In this document: positions 52,431 to 62,400 of the stretch, in pieces | Numbering within the stretch: position 1 is the stretch's first letter | Layout of the letters: each line of letters starts with the position of its first letter | NCBI GenBank assembly: GCA_009859145.1 | Contig: VRVR01000006.1 | Location: 338,596-402,595 of the forward strand | DNA: 64,000 bases | DNA from: Andalucia godoyi And28 | Lineage: Eukaryota > Protista > Jakobida | Direction of reading: 5' to 3' | The notes under the pieces: model-generated | Told to the model about the DNA's origin: nothing | What the model saw: the letters and a program-made list of their open reading frames with translations, nothing else | Databases searched by the model: none | Program-made: the position numbers and the translations under genes

Positions 52431-52808
52431 TTGACTGAGAGTGTTTACACCTTGGAGCAAAAAGACCGGACCGAAGAAGAACCGGATCGAAGAGCACAGT
52501 ATTCAGTTTATTTCCTGCCTGTTTGCAGGAATTTCAGGAAAAGAAAAAGAAGAAAGAGAAAGAGAAAGAGAAGACCAACAAGACCCCATATGCACTTCGT
52601 TTTGGAAATCTTTCATTTCAAAATACTCGAGTTAACAAAATATATCAGCGCTATTCAGTGAACACTCTAAAAGTAGTGCTATACAAAACGCCAGCGTTGG
52701 CAACTGCTAGTTTTTTTTCTTTTTCTTCTTCTTCTCACCCTCCTGTGCCCCACGCTCTTCCGCTCTCTTGTCTCCACTTGTTGATTGGTTATTGGTCGAC
52801 TATTGCAG

Positions 52809-53864
52809 TCACGTTGATTTCTTTTGCGCTGAAGTGGATGGAGCTGCGAGTTCTTGGTCCAATGGCTGACCGGCTCCGGAATTCTTCTTTCCGGCCGACA
52901 GAAGCGATTCCGGGTAGACCATGCGTCTGTGCAATCCCATGTCATCTCTCATGATGAAGTCCCAGATGACGCGCACGTAGCTTGTGTGATGAGGCAGGTT
53001 ATTGTACCACTCTGGAGCAATCGCCCTGATTTTCGGCAGATTGTTGTGGTTCACAAAGCGGAAGTCATGGTGTTCCACATGATATCCTACATTGTACGCA
53101 AGCAAGTTCCAGAATCCATAGTACGAAAACGTCTCTGGGACACGCTGGTTCTTGTCATCGACGAAATGGTAGTGTTCTGCAATGAAATGGCCAGCAAGCG
53201 GGTGCAGCCCCATTCCCAAGAACGATCCAGCGGCAAGCCACACGACGGCCCAGATTCCTGCAACCGAGTAGAGAGCGTAGTTGAAGAGGATGCACGACAC
53301 CCAATTTGCGAGTTCCCACGCAGTAGCGGGCTGCGGATCGACCAAGAACGGTCGGAGCGCATAGAACGCCGGCTGCAAAAACACCCAAACCAGCTTGAGC
53401 AGGCGAGACTTTTGAAACAATGCGACTTCCCACAGAGACGGGATGTCCGTGTCCATCGCGTACACGGAGATGTACTCGTGGTGTCGTCTGTGGTACTTCT
53501 GGAACGACATTGCAGTCGGGAGCCCCATTGCCCAGTTTCCAATCAGCAGCAGGATCTGGTTTGCAAAAATGCCCTTGAATGCAAGATTATGTGACACCTC
53601 GTGCAGCGCAAGTGCAATCGTGTGGTTCACTGTCCCAGCAATCGCCCAGCATGACAGCCAGTACATCGGTGACGAGAGCGTGGGTGCCCAGCACGCTGCC
53701 AGAAGGATCACAAACAACCCACGAACAAGACAGTCAACCGCCATCCATGGATCGGGCCCATACAGCTTGCGAATCTCAGGATGCTGCTCCAGAATCTGAA
53801 TTCGACGCTCAGGATGCGTCCACTTCGAATGCGCTATAAACGGACTCTTCGTTGCGCTCGACAT
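52809..53864 (-). CDS. DEGS1: Sphingolipid delta(4)-desaturase
   Basis: HPERRIQIL..HPEIRKLYGPDP, His boxes HEVSH, HRRHH and HVEHH, NVGYH. ATG at 53864. Confidence 0.95.
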   Translation of the reverse strand: MSSATKSPFIAHSKWTHPERRIQILEQHPEIRKLYGPDPWMAVDCLVRGLFVILLAACWAPTLSSPMYWLSCWAIAGTVNHTIALALHEVSHNLAFKGIFANQILLLIGNWAMGLPTAMSFQKYHRRHHEYISVYAMDTDIPSLWEVALFQKSRLLKLVWVFLQPAFYALRPFLVDPQPATAWELANWVSCILFNYALYSVAGIWAVVWLAAGSFLGMGLHPLAGHFIAEHYHFVDDKNQRVPETFSYYGFWNLLAYNVGYHVEHHDFRFVNHNNLPKIRAIAPEWYNNLPHHTSYVRVIWDFIMRDDMGLHRRMVYPESLLSAGKKNSGAGQPLDQELAAPSTSAQKKST

Positions 53865-54319
53865 TTTCCACACCAACAAGACGCACCACTCCAGCCTGTC
53901 TGATCTCTCGAGTACGCAATCAGCTGAAAAAAAAAAGACCAAAAAACAAAACGAAAAATAAAAAACGAAAAAAAACCCACGAGACAATTAAAGATGGAAT
54001 TTAAAAAAGAAAAAAGAAAAAGGAAAAAAGAAAAGCAAAGTGGAATTTACAACATTCGTGGTTCAAAGAGCAACTTCAAAAGGGAGACAGACAGATTTGG
54101 TCAAAAACAATTATGGAAAGGAGATTTGTTTTCAAGGACATCAAGAGCGAGCGAGGAAAGCGCCAAAAACCAGCAGGCACGCAGAAACAGAGAGATTTCT
54201 CATGAGTGCGGGGGGGATATGATCACGGAGATTTTTTTTTCCGGGTAATTGGTTCCATGATTATTCATTGAGACAAAAAGACAGAAACGGGGAAAAATGC
54301 CCGCTACAGTCTTTGCCTT

Positions 54320-55108
54320 TCATGGGCCATTTACAACTGATGTGGACCGTTGGGGGTTCTTTGCAGTGTTGAATATCCCTCTTGTGTCGCGGTTGCAGAC
54401 TGCGCATTTCAGAGTTGTCCGCGATCGTTGAAGTGCGCAAGCCTCGCAAAAGTAGTGTTTGCACTCTGTGACGACCATCGCCTTTGTGCTTGTTGCAAAT
54501 ACTTCTTTGCATATCGGACATGCAGCAGGCACCACCACATCATCATCATTATTGTAACTGCCAGCGACAGAACGACCACCCAATGCTGATGCTGATGCTG
54601 ATGCTGGTTTGAACATGCGGACATCCACCCCGACTCGATTCATCGTTCCGTGATGGCGATTCAGGCGACTCCCTTCGTTTCCTTTTTGTTCTTGTTCTTG
54701 CGATGGTCTGCGATCTGACGAGTCCCCCCAATCGCGATCGAGCTGCCATCCTTGTTTGTAGTCTTCGCGGATGTGCGCAAACTTGCATGTGTCGCCCCAC
54801 GGGCAGTATCCAGTGTCCTTGAAATCTTTGCACATATCCGGCTGATAATCCATGCGAATGCTCGTCCGAATTGTCCCTCGCTTCGACCCAATCACCACCG
54901 GCTCTTTTTCTGTTTCCGTCCCTTCTGTACGCTTGTCCGCTCCATTGTGAGGTTCCAACTGAACCTGCAGCTTGCTCAGCTTTGCCGCTTTTGCTGGAAC
55001 TTCAGCAACATCACCACCGTCGCCGTCACTGCTTTCCTTGCCTGTGGGCTCATCACGCTCAACAGCAATCGCACTCGTTCTCACCGCCGTCGATCGTTTC
55101 CGAAACAT
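54320..55108 (-). CDS. CWC24: Splicing factor CWC24/RNF113 (CCCH zinc finger plus RING)
   Basis: IRMDYQPDMCKDFKDTGYCPWGDTCKFAHIREDYKQGWQLDRDW; RING CPIC...TECKHYFCEACA...C.VC. Confidence 0.95.
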   Translation of the reverse strand: MFRKRSTAVRTSAIAVERDEPTGKESSDGDGGDVAEVPAKAAKLSKLQVQLEPHNGADKRTEGTETEKEPVVIGSKRGTIRTSIRMDYQPDMCKDFKDTGYCPWGDTCKFAHIREDYKQGWQLDRDWGDSSDRRPSQEQEQKGNEGSRLNRHHGTMNRVGVDVRMFKPASASASALGGRSVAGSYNNDDDVVVPAACPICKEVFATSTKAMVVTECKHYFCEACALQRSRTTLKCAVCNRDTRGIFNTAKNPQRSTSVVNGP

Positions 55109-55262
55109 TCCACCCAACAAGGGGAAACACTGGAGAAAGAAAACACGGACAGGCCTGAAACGGGGGGTTTCTTATCCTTTTATTCTCTTCTTGTTTTACA
55201 GTATATATTATTTTCTTTATCATTTTACATTATAATAACAGTGCAAGGGAAAAAGAAAAGAC

Positions 55263-56405
55263 TCAAGTTGGACTCGACTGGATGGCAGAAAAGTCGAGGA
55301 ACGAGGCGAGTGGCCTGCGGAGGCTGATGGCTTCGAGGGGCGGGTCGTCCGAGTAGCCGACGCGGAGGACAATCGCTGGGATCCTTGTGCCGAGCCCGAG
55401 GACAGTGATGAGTTCCTGGTTGAATGGCGATTCCTGGAGGATGGCCGAGTAGGTGTGGGATCGGATGCCCAAGTGGCCGAAGAGCAGGAGGAGGTCCATG
55501 TACAGGAATCCGACCTCGACCATGCTCTGGGGCGATTGGTCTTCTGCATACAGGACGACGAATCCCGCGACGGCTTCGACCTTGATTTTTGAGTCCGGGA
55601 CAGAAAACCCTGCAAAGGTCGTTGACGCCATGAATGACTTTGTGAAGACGGTGTAGAAGAGGTTGCGCAGAAACCACGGGATGCCAAGTGCCTCGGGCGT
55701 GAGTCCTGCCTGCGACGTTTTGGCGGCGGAAAAGCTGTTTGTGATCCAGCGGGACAGCTCTTTCTGCTTGCCGCTGTCCTTTGACTGCTTCTCAAACGCG
55801 CGAAACGATCCCTGTGCGATCCACCGCCCTTCGTCCGAGTCCGCTGCATAGTACAACACTGCCGGCGAGAGCTCTGTCATCGCACGCACGTGACTCTCGA
55901 GAAGCGGCCGCTTGCTGTCGTATGCCCGGCGGTCTGTCGTCCGAGTCGCAAGCAGCTGCAGCGTCCCGGTGTCCTGCGTCATCAAGTCCGCCGGGGCTGC
56001 CGGCGGCGCAAGGACAGCCACGCGGACGACGTCCGTGTCGACGGCAGACGTGGAGATAATCTCATAGTTCACCGTTAGGCCCTTTGCACGCCCTGCCAGA
56101 ACGACAGACTGCAAAAATGCGCCGATGGAATGAAGCATTTCCCGGTTGTGCGGATCAGTGTGCGGAATCACGCGCGAAGAGTCGATCTGGATCACAAAGG
56201 ACCGCCGGCCCGTAAGCCTGACTTTCCATGGCTGCACATTGTGCGACGACGGTGCAAGAGAGCCGTACACCAGAAGATCCGCAACATCCTCATCAATCTT
56301 CGCCGCCGACTCCGCATCCAGCGCACGAAGCTCCGACCACGGCAACCGCTTCGAAATGAATCCGCCGCTCAAAATCACCGGATAACTCTTGATGAACTGG
56401 AACAT
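55263..56405 (-). CDS. Acg-family (Rv2032/Rv3131-like) FMN-binding nitroreductase
   Basis: LAPSSHNVQPW motif, RTTDRRAY, second domain with E.G..Y..L.L and VLRVGY. Intronless. Confidence 0.8.
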   Translation of the reverse strand: MFQFIKSYPVILSGGFISKRLPWSELRALDAESAAKIDEDVADLLVYGSLAPSSHNVQPWKVRLTGRRSFVIQIDSSRVIPHTDPHNREMLHSIGAFLQSVVLAGRAKGLTVNYEIISTSAVDTDVVRVAVLAPPAAPADLMTQDTGTLQLLATRTTDRRAYDSKRPLLESHVRAMTELSPAVLYYAADSDEGRWIAQGSFRAFEKQSKDSGKQKELSRWITNSFSAAKTSQAGLTPEALGIPWFLRNLFYTVFTKSFMASTTFAGFSVPDSKIKVEAVAGFVVLYAEDQSPQSMVEVGFLYMDLLLLFGHLGIRSHTYSAILQESPFNQELITVLGLGTRIPAIVLRVGYSDDPPLEAISLRRPLASFLDFSAIQSSPT

Positions 56406-56964
56406 TCCCTATTCTCTTCTTCTTCTTCTTCTTCTTCTTCTTCTTCTTCTTCTTCTTCTTCTTTTGAGGCAGTGTCCGGCGTTGCTGTGTCCAAGGGTAC
56501 TCTCGAGTGTGTGCGCTCTCCTTTTGAAATGGTCCACGGAGAGAAGCTCGGAGTGTTTCTCTGTTCTGCTTGTCGGAACTCGCAAGTCCGACAATTGGCC
56601 ATTTCGAGTTCCCTCTGGTCCTGACGACATTCTTTCGAAGAGTTGATGCTAGCCACCTGGGACGCCCTCCCCAGCAACCGTCGTCATTCCTCGACGTCCG
56701 GGCGTTTCTCTTTTTCCGTTTTGTCGTTGAGAGTTCTGTTTTTTTTTTTTTTTGGGTATTTTTCTTCCTTTGATTTGTTGGGTATTCTCTTTTCTGCCTC
56801 TGCTTGGATCTTTGCTCGTTTACCCCCACCTCAATCAAGGATCAAACACAAAGCTAAAAAGGAAGGAAAAGAAGAGAGAAACAAGAAAAGGAAGGGGAGG
56901 AAGGAAAAAAAAAACAACAACAAGCAAACAAAAACACAGAAGCAAAAGGAAACAGCAGAAGGAA

Positions 56965-57285
56965 ATGGGAGGCTGTATGTGCAAGTGTTGTGGATGCTGC
57001 GGCGGAGCGTCTCTTGCGGTGCAGGGAGTTCCCGAGAAGGGATCGTCGTTTGTGGTTCGGTATTTCAGCGCCAATCCGCAGTCGGGAGATTGGATCGGAA
57101 TTTTTCCTGTTTCGGCTGTCGGGTCCTCGGGATATCTGTCATGGACATCCATTGATGCCACGCAGAAAAGCGGTACCGTCACAATGACCGCTCCCTATGA
57201 CACCGGATCCTACGAGGTCCGGTACATTTCCAATGGGGCAAGCGGAGAACAGGTCGTCACCACCCGCGGATTCAAGGTCGTCTAA
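56965..57285 (+). CDS. Small acylated protein with a SKICH-like Ig-fold domain (106 aa)
   Basis: MGGCMCKCCGCC (Gly2 plus Cys cluster); DWIGIFPV...YLSW...AP..TGSYEVRY. Confidence 0.75.
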   Translation: MGGCMCKCCGCCGGASLAVQGVPEKGSSFVVRYFSANPQSGDWIGIFPVSAVGSSGYLSWTSIDATQKSGTVTMTAPYDTGSYEVRYISNGASGEQVVTTRGFKVV

Positions 57286-57383
57286 AACACGCCCGTGTCT
57301 GCTGTTGCACGGATTGTTCGAATTCAGTTTGTGAAAAACATTAAACAAAATTAAAAAGAAGAAAGGAAAGAATAATACCGCTG

Positions 57384-57585
57384 CCACTTATTGCGAGATG
57401 ATGAAGCAATCTAGAGCGCATGTAAAACATAAAAACACTGCCACGCGCCATGCCGCATGCTTTTGTTATCTTCACAACACCGTCCACACGATGCCCGATT
57501 CGTTTCCCCCCATTTTGATCATGAAATCCCTATAACATACGCCGCCGCGTTGCATTATGCATGTTGTTGGGCTGCAACATGAAAA
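57384..57585 (+). mobile_element. IS607/Fanzor2 relic F2-f (deletion derivative of the F2-a type)
   Basis: High identity to 2464-2628, joined directly to the catgttg...caacatg hairpin homologous to 2763-2783. Confidence 0.75.
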
Positions 57586-57774
57586 ATGTAAATAATAGGT
57601 AAATCAAACACGACGGGCGACTGTAGTTAGCTTCCGATATGTTGTTTTTGTTTGGTGTTCATATACACAAAACAGTCAGTCCTATCATTTCCTCTCGTTT
57701 TTTTCAAACATATTTGAATTTTTTTTTGCTCCTCTTCTCATCAAGACATATATACATATACACGCGGATCCTAT

Positions 57775-59292
57775 ATGGTGTACACGAAATGGTGGGATTC
57801 TTCTGCGCTGGAGGAAATACAGGTGGTTTCTTCGCATTCGGTGATTTCGAAAGTGAGACTGAGTGCGAACTGCATGGACCAGGCATTTCGGAGAGTCGCA
57901 GAAGGATGCACGCCGTTCTTTATGCTCGGCTCGGTTGCACAATCGCGATCGCGAGAGACTGAGCATGTTCAAGAACTTGTGCTGGACCGCGTTGATGCTG
58001 GAATCAATCTTGCTGAACGCGGATGGGAACCTTCGTTTCGGATGGATTATGAAATCCCGTGCTTTGTGTCCTCCACATTTTCATCCACTCTTTCATCATC
58101 TTCACACTCGTCACCGAGCCAGGAGGGACTTGATGTGCTCTCACTGTCTTCCGTCATGTACAAATCACCACCGAAAATTATCGCATTGTCTGCCACGATC
58201 CAGCATGAGGAAGACCCGCAGTCACACCGCAGCAGCGGCGATCATCGTCTTCCTCTTCTCCGTCTGTCGGTTCGATTGCTTCCTTTTGAGTTTTCGCTGA
58301 AACGAATTGCTGCGATTCCGCTCGATGCACCGTCTGCGGCGGCTTCCTTCTCGCCGAACTTGCTTTGTTTTGGATTTCTGGCCTCGGACTCGGCTGCGCG
58401 GAAGTTATCGTGCTTGAGCGTGTCGAGTCCGCAGCGAGCAACGGCTGCTGCGTTGTGTGGCGTGTGGATCTCTGGGACCGCATCGACGACACATCCGTCG
58501 GTTCTCGGTTGGATGTCCTTCTTTTCACTGTCCACAAGACTCGCGAATCGGACAAATGGGCCCTGGATCCTGGTGCTGGCGCAAAGTGCAGTTTCGCACA
58601 TGTGCTTTGAGTTTTCATATCGCCCGCTGAACTCAGGGTTGCCAGTCGCGCACGAAGTTCTACTCCGTCCAAACGAGTCCTCGTATGATCTTTGCCCGCA
58701 GTCGCCAAACGAAGGTCTCCACACAGATTCCGAGCAGTCGAATCGTAATGAACCGCAGCAGGCGCGTCTGCCGTGCAGTCTGGAGATCCCAAACGCGAGC
58801 TTCTTCTTAGCTCGCATCAAAGAGCTGGAGGAAATCGTGCGACACCAGCGACTGGAAATCGAGCAACTGAAGATGCAGCAGTGCCAGACACGTCCCCCGA
58901 ATCCTGAGGTCGCTTCCGCAGCAGTAGTTCCAGGATCACCAATCGTCACCTCTGCTGTCGGGCACGTGGCAAAGTGCTCCGAAGATGCAGTTCCGAACAT
59001 ACGCCATACTGCAAATGCGGCGCGAAGGAGGACTCCATCTCCAATCTTGTCTGACGTGTCGTCTGACGTGCCAGACGAGATGTATGCATCGCAGTCGGAC
59101 GATGACACTTCGATTGCGGACAGCCATTCTGTGCTTCTTCCGAGCATTCGCAGTGGCGGTGTCAGCGGGTCGAGTGCTTCTGCAAGTCTGGTGATTCCAA
59201 AAATGGTGGACGACTGCCCTGTGGACAATCTGGATGCCCTGCTCGAACCAGATACGATTGATCTCAAATACATGGGAATTCGATCGCGATAA
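57775..59292 (+). CDS. STIL/SAS-5/Ana2-like centriole assembly protein
   Basis: STIL_N-like WD...AFRR...FFMLGS...LVLDRVDAG and GVWISG...HP; central coiled-coil RIKELEEIVRHQRLEIEQL; C-terminal IDLKYM resembles the STAN motif end. Confidence 0.65.
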   Translation: MVYTKWWDSSALEEIQVVSSHSVISKVRLSANCMDQAFRRVAEGCTPFFMLGSVAQSRSRETEHVQELVLDRVDAGINLAERGWEPSFRMDYEIPCFVSSTFSSTLSSSSHSSPSQEGLDVLSLSSVMYKSPPKIIALSATIQHEEDPQSHRSSGDHRLPLLRLSVRLLPFEFSLKRIAAIPLDAPSAAASFSPNLLCFGFLASDSAARKLSCLSVSSPQRATAAALCGVWISGTASTTHPSVLGWMSFFSLSTRLANRTNGPWILVLAQSAVSHMCFEFSYRPLNSGLPVAHEVLLRPNESSYDLCPQSPNEGLHTDSEQSNRNEPQQARLPCSLEIPNASFFLARIKELEEIVRHQRLEIEQLKMQQCQTRPPNPEVASAAVVPGSPIVTSAVGHVAKCSEDAVPNIRHTANAARRRTPSPILSDVSSDVPDEMYASQSDDDTSIADSHSVLLPSIRSGGVSGSSASASLVIPKMVDDCPVDNLDALLEPDTIDLKYMGIRSR

Positions 59293-59420
59293 TTTACAAA
59301 TGACACATTCGGTAAAAACGGCATCAGAAGACGTTCAGGAATGGCCCAAGGAAACGAAATTTGCAAGGAAACGATGAAGAAAAGGAAAAAGGAGAAGGGG
59401 AGAGAAACAAGACAAGCATG

Positions 59421-62400
59421 CTACGAAAATGGCTGTTCGCCAGTCAAGGTGCAAAAGAGTTGCTGGAGAGTCTTGGAAACGGTCACATATTTCTCGTTTT
59501 CCGCAGCCATCTGCGCAAGAACGGCTCGACTTCGACGAAAACGCAAAGCAGACAAGTCTGCAGAGGGCCGACTAAGCGGGGGAATGTACTGCTTCGCTGG
59601 ATCACGTGCGGATGAATTCAACCTCTGCACAACGTCCATTTCATCATCATTCAGGAATAGGAGCACGAATATGCTGCCCGTAATCGACATCGTAATGGCG
59701 CCGCTCCGCAGAGTTCCCAGACAGTCAATGTCGATCTTGCGCATCCGACCACATGCTTCTCCAACATTAAAATACTCGGACTCAGCGTCGCCAGCGATGG
59801 GAGACGCGCGAATCGAGCCCAGTTTGTCCGTATGCAAAAGCCATCGTGCGGAATCTAAAAACACCATATCGAGAGGGACACTCATTCTCTTGAAATTAGC
59901 AACCGTCTTTGCTTGTATTGGAATACCGGGCAAACTGCTCTTTGCGAGTTGCAGGACGCTCGTCCCTGCGAACCGCGAAGAAATGGCAACGGTCGATCCC
60001 GAACTTCTCATCAGTTCAACCTCGATTGTCGGAGGACTCACTCGGAACTTTGACGAACCTCCGTCGCCCATATTATTGCCGCCGCCGTCATCACTTCCGC
60101 TGCTAGCGACAGACATTCCAAATATTCCATCATCTGTGGAAAATAATATAAACGCTTCTTCTCCAAGTGAGACGCAACAGAAGCCATCCACACGAACAAC
60201 CGAGTCGTATTGTACGAGAGGCCTGACGATGCCGTCGCCAAGATTGATAGAACGTGTCTTCAGTTTGAAGTCGTTCGTTTCCACTTGTAGGAGAAAGGAA
60301 AACACAAAACATGCACTGTCTCCTATCCGAACGGGAGGGTCGCTGAAAGCCAGCAACCTGCCCTCGCACGTTTCCAGCCGTTGCCATGAGGCAGAAGGAT
60401 CCGTTCTCAGATAAAACACGGTGGAGTTCGACGCATCATTGTAGCTCGACAGTATCATGGCACCACCCGGAAATGGAAGCAGCCTCCTGAGCATGCCATC
60501 AAAGCAGATGTCCGATTCTTCTTTGGTAAGATGGAGAGATTGATCCACCGATAACAACAGAAGTTCCCCGGATTCATTGACCAGTGACAACACCGTGTCC
60601 GCGCTGTGTCCACAGTAGCCAGAAAAAGGAAGCAGCGACGGGCTCGAGCCGAGTGAAGGAATCAGAAGCGACGAGAAAAAAACCCGGTCGTCGAACAAGT
60701 GCCCAATCCAAAAGGCACCACAGTACGCAAAGCACCGCCCCGTAGTGTAGTCCGCAACGAACAGTGAAACGGGGTCCGAGCCGAGCACAGAAGTATGAAC
60801 GACAGAAAGATGCGTTGAAGATTGATCCAGAGACAACTCCACAACAGCCCCGTTTCGCAGCCCAACGAGGACATGAACAGACTCGGCGCCATCGAACAAC
60901 TGTGCAGAGTGCGGAATGAATGAAATCAGAGCGTCGTCCCGCTCAGTGTCCGCCACAGGCACGGGACACACACCTTCTGCGATTACTTGCACATTCGCCG
61001 AGACGCGTGAGAATTCAAGAAGAAGCACGCGACCCGAGTACGTGCAAACAACGCCGAAATTCCGTCCATGTTTCTTCGACAAGTATGAGTGCATGCATGA
61101 AATTTCAGCGTCCGTTTCTAAACATGCAGCCAGAGAAAAGAAGACAGTCGAAGACGGGACAGAGGGAAGAGAGCAGTAAAACAGCTGTCGAGGATGCTTC
61201 GCACACGACAGTAAGACGGAATTGCCCAACACGCACGAGTGCTGGAATGCATAATTCAAATCGTCAAACTCAAATCGCTGTCCACTGAAAAATGCAACAC
61301 TAAACCCAGACCGGAATACCTGCACGCAGTATGTCTTCATTGCACAAAAGCTGATCGAAGCCACCTCTTTCCGTATCAAAACGTTTCCCGTGTCGGACAT
61401 GACGTCACCAGACAGACGCAGCAAGACGCTATCAGATACGAAAGACACGAGAATGAAAACGTCACCTTCCGATGCTGCGCTGCAAAACACACCGCTGCAT
61501 AGTTGGAACTCTGGAAGCGACCGAGACAACTCCAGCGCACAAAATGCTTTTGAAAGGCTTGTCAATCGCTCTGCACCGGGCACAATGGAGAGGTATTTCG
61601 GAGACGCATTTTGCCGGAGAATTGCCTCACCGGAAACCGCAAAATCAACAACAGGAGGACAGCTCCCCGATTCCGACACGATGCTGAATGTTGTGATACT
61701 CGCAACCGGATGGACCGAGGGATTAAGAGAACTCAAAGCGACCGAATTGGAAAAACGATCAAAAACCATCATTGTGTCCGTCATGGCTGATACACGGCAT
61801 CCGAATGAAAAGTTCTTGCAATTCAAATCAATGCGACGACGGGGCTGCAGCTGCGGTACGCTGTTCCCGGGCACAGTGCCCACCGTAACTTCCACGATCT
61901 TGCCATCGGCGTACAACAGCACAAATGATTCAACAATAGCATTCTCTGTCGGGGCGTACGAGGTGTAAGAGAGCGGGGCATCAAGATAGCACTCGAATGG
62001 AAAGCACTCCTCCAGAACGCCACAGTCTAAGTGAAGTGCTGCTTGAATTACACATGGATCTTGAATACATACGAGATAGAGGACCGTAGAACTGAAGGAA
62101 AGAAGATAATTGGAGATGCTTCGAAGCGGGAAAAGAAATCTCGGAAACGTGGCATTGTCCTCTTTCCGGACCGATGGAAATGGGACTGAAGAAAAAGGCA
62201 TGAGACTGGAGTCCGCGGGTAAATACATCATCACATCAAGCGACACGACCGGAATGCCAATGTGCGGTCCAATCAACGTCGTGACCGCACACACACAATC
62301 CGAGCCCTCGGAAGCATACAGCTCGACGTTTGGAATGCGCTGCATCGTGTGAATGCATCGGGAAGGAGAAAAAAGGTCGGTTGCCGATGCTAGTCCCGCA

